A stretch of DNA of 64,000 bases from Coniocarpon cinnabarinum (taxonomy: Eukaryota). The position numbers were made by a program, and so were the translations under genes. The notes under the pieces were generated by a model. That model worked only from the letters and a program-made list of their open reading frames with translations, made no database searches and was not told the origin of the DNA. Of this stretch, positions 1-13,300 are shown piece by piece (positions within the stretch are counted from its first letter, which is position 1; each line of letters opens with the position of its first letter). The stretch spans positions 186,001 to 250,000 of the forward strand of contig JAVECO010000001.1 of NCBI GenBank assembly GCA_051942205.1. The letters run 5' to 3'.

Positions 1-2
1 GT

Positions 3-50
3 ACAAGGAGTACCGTGAACCCGTCGAACTCGCTGACCAGTGCAGCGTCG
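3..50 (+). CDS. Probable upstream exon (5'-truncated by the window edge) of the giant WSC protein
   Basis: Frame 3 reads TRSTVNPSNSLTSAAS (Ser/Thr-rich like the giant ORF), followed by donor GTACGT at 51; phase 0 matches the acceptor at 1382. Confidence 0.55.
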
Positions 51-1382
51 GTACGTACTTTCTTTTCCTTGTTTTGTCTCTTGCTGTGATCTCGCCAAAT
101 GGCTCTGGGGTCCCCGAGCTCGGCTCGTGCGCAAGCCACGCTTCAAAGACATCATCGTGTAGGCTGTGACATGCGTGTCATCAAGGTAGGTCTCGTCGTG
201 AACTCGTCTCCCCGTCTGGATTGGATGGAACATGACACTCTCAGTTTATCACACGGCCTGTTCGCTGGCTGTTCTGGTGGAAAGTCGACACGTGCTGGGA
301 CATGGAATTACGCGTACGTATGAACTCCTGGCTGCTTTTTGGATCTTGGTACCCACCTTTGGATGATCTGGTCACCTGGAAAGCAGCGACACTCGAGACA
401 CGCCCTCTAAGATTTCTGGAGCAACGATTCTGAGCGATGCGGTTCTCTTGTACTGCCGGAGTCAGTTGACACTCAACCCAATGTCCCTGGCCGCTTAATC
501 GTCAGCCATCTCGACATGTGGCCATTGTTCTGCAGCATACAGCGTCTAACACAATCGGCTCGACATCTCCTGGGACTCACAAATGGCTCATCTGCGCTCA
601 ATGTAGGACTCGCTGCAGACTTTCCGCCATCGTCTCCGCTCTAGAATTCTTGATCGTCGCGCCATTAGAGATGTCCATATAAACTGTCATTATCTGGTCT
701 CCTGGTCATGTCTGAAGCAGGCGAGTGTCTCACCCTTTGTTGAGAGAGTATCAATACATTATGACTATATGAAGCCACAGGTACATGCCTCTGACGAGCC
801 GATCACGAAAAATGACAGCTGCGTCAGAGCGATACTGAACTCATTTATCAGCCTCGCACTAAGCCAACGAAGTTGACACGACCAATTGAAGCCATTGAGC
901 CGATATGATCATGCGGGACACTCAAAACGCCGACCTTCGCCTGGTGCGCACAATAGGAATCCCTTTCTCATTGTCGAACGCTCATTATCTGTTGTAAACT
1001 GGCGCTCATCAACGCAAAGCTACCGACTTGTCGGTTGGATTCAGCACTTGTACTATTGGATTATTTGCATTTGTCACTATACTGGACAGAACATCGCACC
1101 ATCCTGTTGATCTTGAACATATCAGAATCCTATACCATACAGCCGAAACGAAATCTGTGAAGCATTGTTAGCATTCATATCTGATGGACACGAAATACGC
1201 AAATTCATATTCTGGAGATATGCATACTGGACACTGAGTTTGAAATTCCCCTTTGCTCCTCCCCTCCCCTCTACCTTACACACTCCCTACCCTATCTCAT
1301 TTTCCACCTACCCTCACATCACCATACGAGATCATCCCACACATCCATGTTATTAATGATTGACTGACTTATCTTCCAATAG

Positions 1383-4300
1383 AATTCCGACACCGTCTCC
1401 AATCCTAGATCGTCCTCCGGTAGAGCTAGCTTGACGGCGAGTGCTCCAACAAATTCAAATTCTGGCTCTTTGACTTCTGGTTCTGCTTCAGGATCTTCAC
1501 CGGGTACTGCGCCATCAGCTTCCGGGACTTCTGGAACACCTCCCACGTCCAGTGCCGCATCAACAGGTTCCGATACTACTTCGCAGTCTTCAGGATCTTC
1601 ATCAACTCTCGTACCTTCAGCGTCTGCGTCTACCGGAACCGGTTTCACGTCCACGGGTGCGTCCGCGAGTTCCAACACTGGACCAGGTTCTTCTTCAGGA
1701 ATTTCACCGAGCACTGGGTCTTTGACTTTTGCCTCAACCGGAACTGGATCTGCGTCCAGTGATGCGTCTACAGGTACAAACACTGGATCCCAGACTTCAG
1801 GATCAGGTACTTCTTCTGGATCCTCTACAAACACTGGACCTTCGACTTCCGCGTCTTCTGGAAGTAGTCTGACGTCTGGTAGCGTATCAACGAGTTCAAG
1901 TACTGGATCGCAAGCTGCGGGATCAGGCGCTTCTAGCGGGTCTTCGTCAAGCACTGGACCGCCGACTTCCTCGAACACTGGACCGCAAGTTTCAGGATCA
2001 GATATTTCTTCCGGCTTTTCGACGAGCACTGGACCTTCGGCCTCGGCATCTTCTACGACCGGTTCCACGGTCACTGGTGTGCCAACGAGCTCAAATACTG
2101 CATCCCAATCTGCAGGATCAAGCAGTGTTTCGGGATCCTCGCCGAGCACTGCACCACTGACTTCTACATCTTCGGGAACTGGTTCCTCGTCAGTTAGTGT
2201 GTCGGCAAGTACGAGCACAGGATCACAGAGTTTGAGCACTGCGTCGCAATCCTCATCCGGCGTTGGGTCATCGGCTTCGCAATCCTTGTCGACTGTAGGA
2301 CCATCGGCCTCAACTTCTTCCGTATCCCTTTCTGCATCAAACCCTGGGTCTGCGGTTTCGAACACTGGGTCACAGACGTCCAGTACTGCTTCTCAGTCAT
2401 CAAGTATTGGACCAGGGACGTCTTCCTCCGGTAGTGGATCAACAAGTCTGAGTGTTGCATCACAGACGTCAAGTACCGCTTCACAGTCTGCGACAAACAC
2501 AGGACTTTCAAGTACAAATGCAGTATCACAGACGTTAAGTACCAGCTCACAGTCATCAAGCACAGGGCCATCCATTTCTTCTTCCGGAAGTCTTTCAACA
2601 TCAAGCAGTGGATCGAGTGGGTCAACGAGTGCGAATGCCGGATCATCAAGTGCAAATGCTGCGTCACAGTCATCAAGCACAGGACCATTTGCTCCGTCCT
2701 CTACCGCCGTTCCTTCAACCGTGGGAAGTGGATCAACGAGTCTGAGTGCGGCATCACAGACGTCAAGTGCACCTTCGTCGAGCGTGGGACCATCAACTTC
2801 CGTGTCCGCCACTGGATCTGCTTCTTCACCAAGCAGTGGTCCAACGAGTATAAGCACCGGTTCACAGACTTTTAGCAGTGCTTCTCTGTCTTCATCGAGC
2901 GGCGCACCTTCAGTGTCCGCCTCCTCCGCTGGGACCGCTTCCTTGTCAAGTACTGGATCGGCTAGTACAAGTACTGCGTCGCAGACGTCAAATACTGCTT
3001 CACAGTCATTATCAAGTACAGGCCCCTCTACTGGAGTTCTCTCAACTTCGGATAGTGGATCAGCGAGTTCAAGCGCAGGACCACAGACGTCAGATACGGT
3101 TTCGTCGAGCGCTGGCGCATCTAGTGCGAATGCCGGGTCACTGGCTTCCTCCAGCGGCGCATCAAGCATCGGTTCGTCCGCTTCCGCATCGACTGGGTCC
3201 GCGCCTACGTCAACTAGTGCTTTACAGTCTTCATCAAACGTTGGACCATCAGCTTCTGTTTCTTCTACTGGAACCGCTTCTTTGTCAAGCGGATCAAGCG
3301 GTGTCTCAGCGAGTACGACCACAGGATTACAACCTGCGAATACAGGCTCACTATCCACGAGCGGCCCGTCAAGTATTGGGTCATCCGCTGCTTCCTCGAT
3401 CGGAACTGCATCTGCGTCCAGTACGGGGTCAGCAAGCACAAATGTCGGGTCGCAGACGTCAAGCGCCGCTTCACCGTCTTCATCGACGGCTGCGAATACA
3501 GCGTCACAAACTTCAAACACAGGCTCACAGGCATCAAGCGTCTTGTCAACGTCTTCCGCGCTGACTGGGAGCGCTTCCTTGTCAAGTAGTGGACCATCGA
3601 GTGCTAATGCCGCTTCGTCGACCTCCAGTACCGGCTTGCAGTCGTCGAGTATTGCATCAAGCATCGTACCCTCTACTTCTGCGTCAAACAGCAACGTACC
3701 TCCGTCAAGTGCTGGATCTACGAGTGCGGGCACAGCATCGCAGACATCCGGTACTGCTTCACAAACATCGAGTATCCCATCTAGCATAGGTTCAACGGTT
3801 ACGACGGCGACTGGGGCTAGTTCGATTGCTCCGCAGTCCTCATCGAGCATCACATCAAGCATCGGATCATCTGCTTCTACGTCAAACAGCAACGCACCTA
3901 CGTCAGGTGCGGGATCTATGATTACAAGCACAGGGTCGCAGGCATCCAGTACTGCTTCACAATCATTGAGCATCGCATCTAGCACTGGGTCGACGGCTTC
4001 TTCGTCGACGGGGACTGCTTCTCTGTCAGGTGCTGGTTCCACGAATACAGGCACAAGCTCGCAGACCTCAGCGGCTCCGGTGTCCTCATCGAGCATACCG
4101 TCGAGTGCCGGACTATCCGGTTCGACGTCAACTGGAACTGCTTTAGTGTCAGGCACTGGATCCGCAAACACAGCGATCGGCTCTCAGTCCTCATCGAGCA
4201 TCATAACCAGTGTTGGACCATCAGGTTCCACATCAGTCGGAAGCTTGTCGACATCAAGCACTGGATTGGCAAGTGCAAGTACCGGATCATCCGTTTCTAG

Positions 4301-7300
4301 TCCCGCCTCCCAGTCTTTTTCGAGCAATGGACCTTCAGCTTCGGGTACTACAGGACCCTCGTTGACGTCAGGTGCTTTATCAACAGGCTCAAACACTGGA
4401 TCACTGTCATCATCGACGGCAGCGTCCGGATCATTAGGGTCGTCAGCGTCCATCACAGCGACTAGTTCTTTGATCTCACAGAGCGGATCGCAGTCTTCGA
4501 TAATTGGAACCGCATCGTCATCTGTTCCGACATTGATCTCAACAACATCAGGTGTATCAAATACAGGGAGCATTACCTCCCCAAGTACTGCAACACAGAG
4601 CTCTTCCACTGCCGGTCCGATTACAAGCGGTAGCAGTGCATTGAGCGGTAGTTCAGCTGCGACATCTGGACCGTCGTCTTCGCAGAGCGGATCCCTAGCT
4701 TCAACGACTGGAACCGCAGCATCAGCTGTTCCAACCTCGATCTTAGGAACATTAGGCACATCTAATACGGGTAGCGGCGCCTCTTCAACCGCTGTGCTGG
4801 CCCCGAGCGGTAGCAGCACGACGCTAAGTGGTAGTTCGATTGCCACGGCTATATCTTCATCGTCGAATGTTGGAACCACATCATCATCTGCTGGAGTAGT
4901 GTCATCGGTACCTGGCTCAGGCTCGGGATCATCGGGCGTATCGAATACAGCCAGCATTGCGTCTTCGAGTCCAGGTTCGTTGACCTCGACTATCTCTGGC
5001 TCATCTGTTCCTAGCATTAGCGCAACATCAAGTGGTAGCTCGACAGCGACGTCTGGACCTCTATCTTCGGCGAGCGCGTCACCGTCTTCGGCTGTCGGAG
5101 CCACGTCAACTGCACCAGGTTCAGGCTCAGGATCGTCGAGTGCATCGAATACGGGAAGTATCAGCTCTTCAAGTGGTGCTGCCCAGCCTGCTTCGACTTC
5201 CAGCTTGAATGCCTCCGGCGGTAGCGCCTCGTCAAGCGGTAGCTTACCCACTTCATCCCTTACAGGATCTGGCTCAACGTCTGGACCGTCATCTCTACAG
5301 AGCGGAGCACTGTCGTCTGCAACTGGGACAGCGTCATCTACTCCAAGCTCAGGGTTGGCATCTTCATCAACTGGGACAAATACCGGCGCTTCTGCCTCCT
5401 CGAGTGTACCGACACAAGCGTCAGCCACTGCTGGCTCAGCTGGGTTAGCATCTTCAACTGTATCAAGCTCTCAAACAGGATCATCATCAATCCTCTCAAG
5501 CAGTGGAAGTGCTGGCCTTTCAAATACTGCGTCGCAGGCTTCTTCCTCTAGCTCCGGTGGTGCTGTGTCATCGACTGTGTCTGGCTCTCAGACGGGGTCC
5601 TCATCCAATGTACCGAACACGGGCAGCAGTATTCCTGCAAGTACGGTTGCGCAAACTTCTTCTAGTGGTGGGCCGCCTGGCACATCGTCATCAGCTGTGT
5701 CGAGCTTCCTGACAGGATCATCGACTGCTGCACCGAATACGGGTAGCACTAGCTCTTCTCGTGCATCTGCGCAGGCTTCGTCTACCTCTGGCCCGGCTGG
5801 GACATTGTCGTCAACTTTGTCGAGCTCACATTCGGAATCTTCAGCAGGTGCACCGAGTACTGGTAGTCTTTCCTCTGCGGGTACTGCTGCACAGACGTCT
5901 TCGACTTCCGGCTCTGCTGGAACAATACCTCCGACTGTATCAAGTTCAGTGTCGGGTTCATTGTCAGGCACAACAGGAAGTGGCAGCGTCAGCTCTTCAA
6001 ATGCTCAATCGAGTCCGGCTGGAACATCTCCATCAGTCGCCTCAAGCTCAGGGTCAGGACCCTCCTCAGGCGCGGGAAATACAGGCAGCATTACTTCCTC
6101 GAGTGCAGCAGTCCAGACCTCTTCAATTCCTAGCTCGGTATCCGGATCTTCGTCGGGTACACCAAACGTAAGCAGCGCTAGTTCTTTAAATGGGGTTGCC
6201 TCAAGCTCTTCTACCGCCAGCACAGCTGGAACAGGCTCCGCAATTGTTTCAAGCTCGGGTTCGGGATCGTCGCCAGGGGCATCGAATTCAGTTAGTGTTA
6301 GCTCTTCGAGTGCTGCTGCATCAATGTCGTCTACTTCCGGCTCGATTGGAACTGTGTCATCGAGCTCAATCTTGGGATCATCGTCCGGTACTTCAAACGT
6401 AGGCATCGGTACCTCTTCAAATGGTGCCTCACAGACCTCTTCTTCTCTTGGTTCGTCTGCATCTGGCTCGTCCCTACCAAACGCGTCTGTATCTAGCTCA
6501 TCTGTATCCGGTTCATCTGCAATTGGCCAGCCTACCTCTGGCCCAGCCGGTCTTAGCTCGTCGGTCTCAGGCTCGAATGTACCTAGTTCATCGGTAATCG
6601 GCCCTGCCGGGTCTACTTCGTTTGTACCTAGCTCGTCTGTATCCGGAGGTGGCACAGTAGCAACCAGTGGCTCATCTGAAACGTCTTCGACAGGGTTGGT
6701 CTCAACGAGGTCAGGAGGAAGTGGCGCGGTGTCGAGCAGTGGATCTGCATCTGCCTCATCCGCTTCTGGCCCAACGACAGGAACAGGATCGTCGTTTATA
6801 CCAAACTCAGTGTCCGGATCGTCATCAAGCGTACCAAACGCGGGCAGTATTACGTCTTCGAGTGCGGTAGCACAGACGTCCTCTCCTCTAGGCTCATCTG
6901 CATCTGGAAACAGTGCACCGTCAATTAGTACTCCGTCTGGAACGCCTTTGACAGCCTCTGGCTCGACGGCGTCTGGAAGTGGCGCAGTGCCGAGCAGTGG
7001 ATCTAGCTCTTCTTCATTAGTCTCAGGTCAGGGAACGTCAAGTAGTGGTGCTGTGTCCACAGGCAACCCCTCAGCAAGCACATCTACCTCAGGTCAAGCA
7101 AGCTTGAGTGCCACGGCATCGACTACTGGGCCTGCCTCATCTATACCGGGCAGCAGTGCAACGTCAAGCGGTTTTCTGTCGGGAGAGTCAACGGCTGGAT
7201 CAGTTTCTGTGACTACTGGAAGCAGTGGGACGCTGTCAAGCAATGAAGCTAGCTCTGCCTCGTTAGTCTCCACTCAAACGACATCGAGCATTGTTGGTAC

Positions 7301-10300
7301 ATCGACAGGTATTCCAACAACAAGCACCTCAACCTTGGGGCAGACAGGCTCTAGCGGTACTCTTCCATCGGGCTCTTCTGCCTCCGGCTCGTCTTTATCC
7401 AGTGGCAGTGCCGCATCGACAGTTAGCTTGTCGGCGACACCTTCGACAGGGTTTGTCTCATCAACGTTGGGAGGAAGTGGCACAACATCGACCGGTGTAT
7501 CGGCACCTACTTCAACACTTGCTAGCTTGACGACTTCAAGTGGTAGTATTGTGACTGCGGGCAATCCTTCGGCAGGCACAGTGTCTTCATCAGGTCAAAT
7601 TAGTTCCAGTCGAATAGCCTCAGTGAGCAATGTTCCTTCAGTCTCCGGCTCCTCATCATCACCCTCAGGCACATCAAGTTCCAGTAGTTTCGTACCAACA
7701 GGTAGCGCAGCAGGAACCGCATCATCTTCCTCTGGTCAAGCAAGCTCTAGTGGTAGTGTTCCTTCGACGAGCAGCCTTCCCGCTTCTTCATCATTCTTGG
7801 GATCGTCGGGCTCTAGTAGCGGGGTCCCGTCGACAGGCAATCCGTCAACAAGCCTATCCTCTTCCTCCGGCCAAATAGGCTCCAATGAGGGTGTCCCGTC
7901 AACGAGCAACAATGCGGCTCCCTCTTCATTGCCTTCAGGTTCGCCAAGCTCTAGCAGCGGCGCAGCGTCTGTGAGCAATCCGTCCGCAGGGACTACATCT
8001 TCGCTGGGTCAAACAAGCTCCAGCGCCAATGTCCCGTCAACTGGCACCATCTCCAGTTCTTCTTTGCCACTCGCAGGTTCTTCAAGCTCCAGTAGCCGTT
8101 TGTCAACAGCCAACTCTCCGGGGAGCACATCCCCCTCCTTGGGTCAGACAAGCTCTGGTGGTTCTGTCTCGTCGACTATTGCCGTCCTCAGTTCCTCGTC
8201 AACTCTTTCGAGCTCGTCCAACTCCGTCAGTAATGCTGCGTCTGGGAGCGGATCGTCTGGAACATCTTCTTCCCCACTCGCAGGGACGAACAGCGGCAGC
8301 AGCACCACGCTGACTGGAAGCTCCTCCCTCAGCCAGACAGCGTCATCGCTCCCTGGTCAGACAAGCTCCGGTGTTATCGTCCCATCAACAAATAGCCTGT
8401 CTGGTTCCTCAGCATTACCTGCAGTCTCTTCAAGCTCTGGTGTTGGGGGGATCACAAGTAGCGTTGTGTCTGGTGGCTTTTCCTCTTCGCAACCTGCTGC
8501 AACGGCCGGAAGCAATAGCGCTACATTGTCAGGCGGCTCATCCACATCTAGTTCTGCTAATAGCCAGAGGGCATCAGGATCCGGAAGCAGCATCGCCTCA
8601 ACTGCACCGCTATCAGCAGGATTGTCCTCTCAGTCTGGAGAGATATCGAGCAGTGGCAGTGAGACTCTGATAGGAAGCTCATCGGCTAGTCAACCGGCTT
8701 CCATGTCTGGTAGCAGCATCATCCCAACGAGCTCCCAATCTGGAGCATCGTTGACGGGAAGTTTGTCCACATCTGTTTCTTCCGCTAGTCAAACATCGTC
8801 AGGATTGGGTGGCACGTCAAGCTCGATTGGCGGTTCATCTGAGGGATCTTCATCTCAGTCCGCATTGACGGCGAGCGGTGGGAGCGGAACGGGAACGTCA
8901 TCCACAGCTACTTTATCCTCTTCTAGTCAGACCAGTATTGGAAGTGGCACTGCGTCTACTAGTGGCGAATTGCCCGGTAGCTCGTCTGTGACATCCACAT
9001 CGCAGAACCAAGGAAATAGTGCCACCACGACGAATAGTAACAGCGTCAGTGGGCCACCAACCGGAAGTGGCTCTACGGCAACTGGCAGCTCGGGTTCATC
9101 TGCTTCCAGTGTCAGCTCTGCGTCTAATGCCAGTCCGTCTGAAAGTTCTTCACTGGCATCGGTGTCAACTTCGCAGAGTCAAGCAAGCAGTAGCAATGGC
9201 AACAACATCCCTGGGCCATCCACGGGAGGCGCATCTGTAGGAGCTTCGAGCTCGAACCCATCAGCTTCGAGTAGCAGCTCGTCGTTGAATGGCAGTCCAA
9301 AGGAAACTATCTCATCGACATCGAGCGTGCCGCCCAGCGTAACCAGCGCAACCTCTTCAAATTCTCTCAACAGCGTTGCGTCCAACAGCGGATCATCTAG
9401 TAGCAATAGCAATGTCAGCCAAGGAACATCGAGCCAGGGTGTTTCTTCTGCATCTCCAAACTCAGGTTCAACGGCTTCAAGTGGCGGCTTGTTGTTGACC
9501 AGCAGTTCATCTGAGGCTCCTTTGGCCACGAGCGGAATCGCTTCGACAACTTCTGGTGGCGCCGCGTCTAACAGCGCTTCCTTGACAGGACCAACATTCA
9601 TTAGCGCTTCGTTGACCCCGACTCAGTCAAATTCAGAAGGCAGCGTGTCGGCCACAAGTAACACGTCTGGCTTGGGTTCAAGTGCGAGCGACACGTCTTC
9701 GACTGGCAATCCAGTCTTCACGTCTTCAAACACAGGATTGCCCAACACTGGTAGCGGTGTTGCACCCACGAGTACTCCTTCTGCATCTGCTTCTAGCTCA
9801 ACCATGTCGGGATCTGCAACAAGCGGCAGCTTTACGTCAACAATTGCTTCATCTTCTGCATCCTCAAGTACAATGCCGTCTGGATCCGGGAGCAGTATTT
9901 CGTCGGCAACCAATCCTTCTGAGTCTGCCTCTGATACAATCCTGTCAGGACCGACACCTAGTAGCAGCTCTCAATTTAGTGGTGCTTCATCTTTCGTGTC
10001 TTCGATCTCAACCCAGCCCGGACCGTCCAGTGGCATATTGACGACCAACAACCCTTCGGTAACGTCTACAGGTACCCAGCCTAGCTCTGGTGGAAGCGTT
10101 TCCTCAAGTGGCAGTGCTTCCGGTGCTTCGGAAACGAGTTCAAGCCTGTCAAGCTCTGAGAGCGGTGTCACCCCGATGCCTGGACAATCAGCGACGTCTT
10201 CTGGCTTCCAGCCAGGATCCAGTAGTAGCCCCTCCTCGAGCAGCAGTGCTGGAGGGTCGGGTCCTAGCCAGTCGGGTCCTGCAGGTGGTATTTCCCCAAC

Positions 10301-13300
10301 CACTGCTCCATCAGCGTCTTCAGAAAGCCAGTCAAGCCCTAATGGCGCCATATCGTCGAACAGCGGTCCTGGTGGTAATTCAGAGTCCAGCTTGACCCAG
10401 TCCAGCACAGGTGGTAGCATTCCATCAACGAGCAATCCATCTGTGACGTCTTCCAACGCAGGACCAATCACATCGGCTGCAAACACGGCTACACCAGCAA
10501 GTGTGACAGGATCCTCGTCTTCATCTTCTGGACAACCGCTGTCGACTGAGCCGGGCGGCAAAGCCTTCCCGACCACGATCCCCAGTCCGAACGGGAACTA
10601 CTACTTTGCTGGGTGCTACAATGATACCAATTCAAATGGCCACATCATGCCCGTGTATTACAACCCAGACAATGGCGCAGATATGACCCGGGAGACATGC
10701 GTGGCGTACTGCGCGGCACAAAATTACCCTTATGCTGGTCTGGAAAATGGCTTTCAGTGTTTCTGTGGTGACAACCTTGGATATAATACAGTCAAAGTGG
10801 CTGGCTCCAACTGCAACGACGTCTGTTCAGGCAATAGCGACGAATGGTGTGGTGGATCGCTTGCAATGCATGTGTAAGTTTCTCATCCTCTGAGCTGACA
10901 TCAGTGAGTCCAAGACTAATCTGCTTGACTGTAGATATGCCGATCAAGGTGCCATTGCCGCCCAAAGCTCGTCCGCATCCTCTGTCTCAGCGTCTCGAGC
11001 CAGCGCATCAAGCGTATCAGCAGCCTCAGTCAGATCAGTCTCATCCGTCAGTGCTGTTGCTGCAAGCTCGCGCTCCGCAGCGTCGGTCGCCAGTGTCGCC
11101 AGCGCGTCGTCAAGATCAGCAGCTTCCGTCTCCTCGAGGTTATCAGCGTCGCTCGCAAGCGCCACGCACGCAGGAACATCTGCGGCTTCAGCTGGCAACT
11201 CAGCAGGTGTTGTCAGTGCTTCCTCGAGGTCTTCAGCAGCTGTGTCAGGTTTGAACTCGTTGGCAAGCGCTCAAAGTGCCGCCAGCGCGGCATCGTCAAG
11301 AAGCGCGGCAAGTGCTGCCAGCGCAGCGAGCGTGCAAAGTGCGTCTTCGGCGTCGGTCGCGGCGGCATTGTCAAGCTCACGCGGATCTGCTTCGAGCTTG
11401 TCAAAGGCAAGTGCTTCCGTGGCGTCGTCTCCAAGTGTTGCGACTCTCAGTTCTGCTGCTTCGGCCGCTTCCTCGGCAGCCGGGTCACGTTCGTTAGCAT
11501 CTTCGTTGGGCGCAAGTGAAGCCTCTGCATCGTCACGGACTCTCTCTGCAGCGTCGTCATCACCTAGTGGCACGTCTCGATCATCAACGGCTACTGAAGT
11601 GGGTCGGTCCACAACAGTCACGGGAACATCGCCTCCTGTGTCAACGACAGCTTCGGGGCGGGTCTCGTCATCGCCTCCGGCATCTGTTGCAGGGAGCACA
11701 GCTCATACCTCTTCAGCAATATCGCCAACGTCGCCAACATCCCCGTCTGCTGGAGCATCACGTTCGTCAACAAGTACAGTCTTGTCACAGTCATCGCTGA
11801 GAGCAACGTCATCGCGGCCAGCATCCATTCCGACCGTGTCTCAAGGCTCGTCATCGCCCAGTGGTAGAACTTCAAAAGCGTCTCTGGGCTCTGCAGCATC
11901 TCAAATCTCGTCGTTGGCTGCGCCGACTGGGCTGTCTCGTTCATCCTCGACAGCATTATCAAGTCAGACATCATTCACCGGTGGTACAAGTCGCTCTTCT
12001 CCGGTAGTCGGTTCTTCTCAGATGTCATCCAGTCCAGGTGCACCTCATCCGTCATCCAGCCCGGGAGTGTCGCATTCGTCGGCAAGCGTAGGGGTGTCTC
12101 CTCCATCGTCAGCCGCAGCAACGTCTCATCCATCGCCAAGCGCGGGAGCGCCTCAGTCATCGTCGAGCGCAGTGGTGTCTCATCCATCATCAAGCGCAGT
12201 GGCATCTCACCCATTGTCAAGCGCAGGCGTATCTTCTCGTCCGTCCTCAAGCACGGGCGCATCTCATCAGCCATCAAGCGCAGGGATCTCTCATGCGTCA
12301 TCTAGCGTGGGTGCGTCGCGCCCCTTGCCGTCGACTTCTGTGTCCTCAGCGTCTTCGAAAGCCAGCACATCGCATCCGACCTCAGTTGGTCAATCTTCCC
12401 TGGCTGCGTCAACGGCGCCTGCTCCCCGTCCATCAGCATCGACGGGTGCCACTCATGCAGTTTCCACGGCTGGCCAGTCACAGTCTGCGTTACCTACGGG
12501 CACTACACAGTCACCTACAGCGAGCGGACCGGCTCACTCTACCTTGCAAACAGGCGTCACGCAGCCATTGTCGACGAGCGGAGCATCTCGTCCTGTGTCA
12601 TCTGCGGCTTCTGTTTCAATCAGCGTCCTTACCATTACGAGAACGGTTACAGCACCTAACGGTCAAACGACGACCTTAGTACACACAACAACCACTACAG
12701 CTCACCCTGTGATTACGACTGAGGTGATAACGACTGTAACTCGGACTCTGACAACGCAAGAGGGCGGGAGCAGTCGAACGGTAACAATCACAGAGCCTGT
12801 GCGGACGACTACGATCATTAGCCAAGCACCAGCACCGTCGACACACCCTGTTAGCTCGCCTGCAACATCCCCAGCGCGGCCATCAGTCACTACCGTCACC
12901 GCAACAACCACATCTACTCACACGAGCACAGCTGTGAGCAGCAGACCTGTTGTGACGACACATTCAGTCGGGGCACCAAGGACCGTGACGGTGTATGAGA
13001 CATTTACCTCAACCAAAGTCAGCGAAACAGTGATCAAATCAACCTATACTATGACGGCAGGAGGCGGAGGCGCTCCGCCACCGCCGCCACCAGCAACAAC
13101 TCACAGTATCGGTGTCACTACTCAAAAGCCGCAATCATCAGCGACGGCACATCAGACCACGACTGTTTATGTCTCAAGCTCAAAAGCCCCGATTGTCACC
13201 ACGCATCAGCTATCGTCATCGCAGAGGCCTTTGTCGAGTACTCACGCAGTCTCGGTATCCACAGGCCATTCCAGCTCTTCCTCGCGTCCGCCTTCATCAA

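Noticed and set aside
1319..11699. Many long antisense ORFs rich in Asp/Glu/Pro/Val/Leu (up to 592 aa) opposite the giant gene
   Set aside because: Shadow frames expected from Ser/Thr/Gly/Ala codon usage; no independent motifs.
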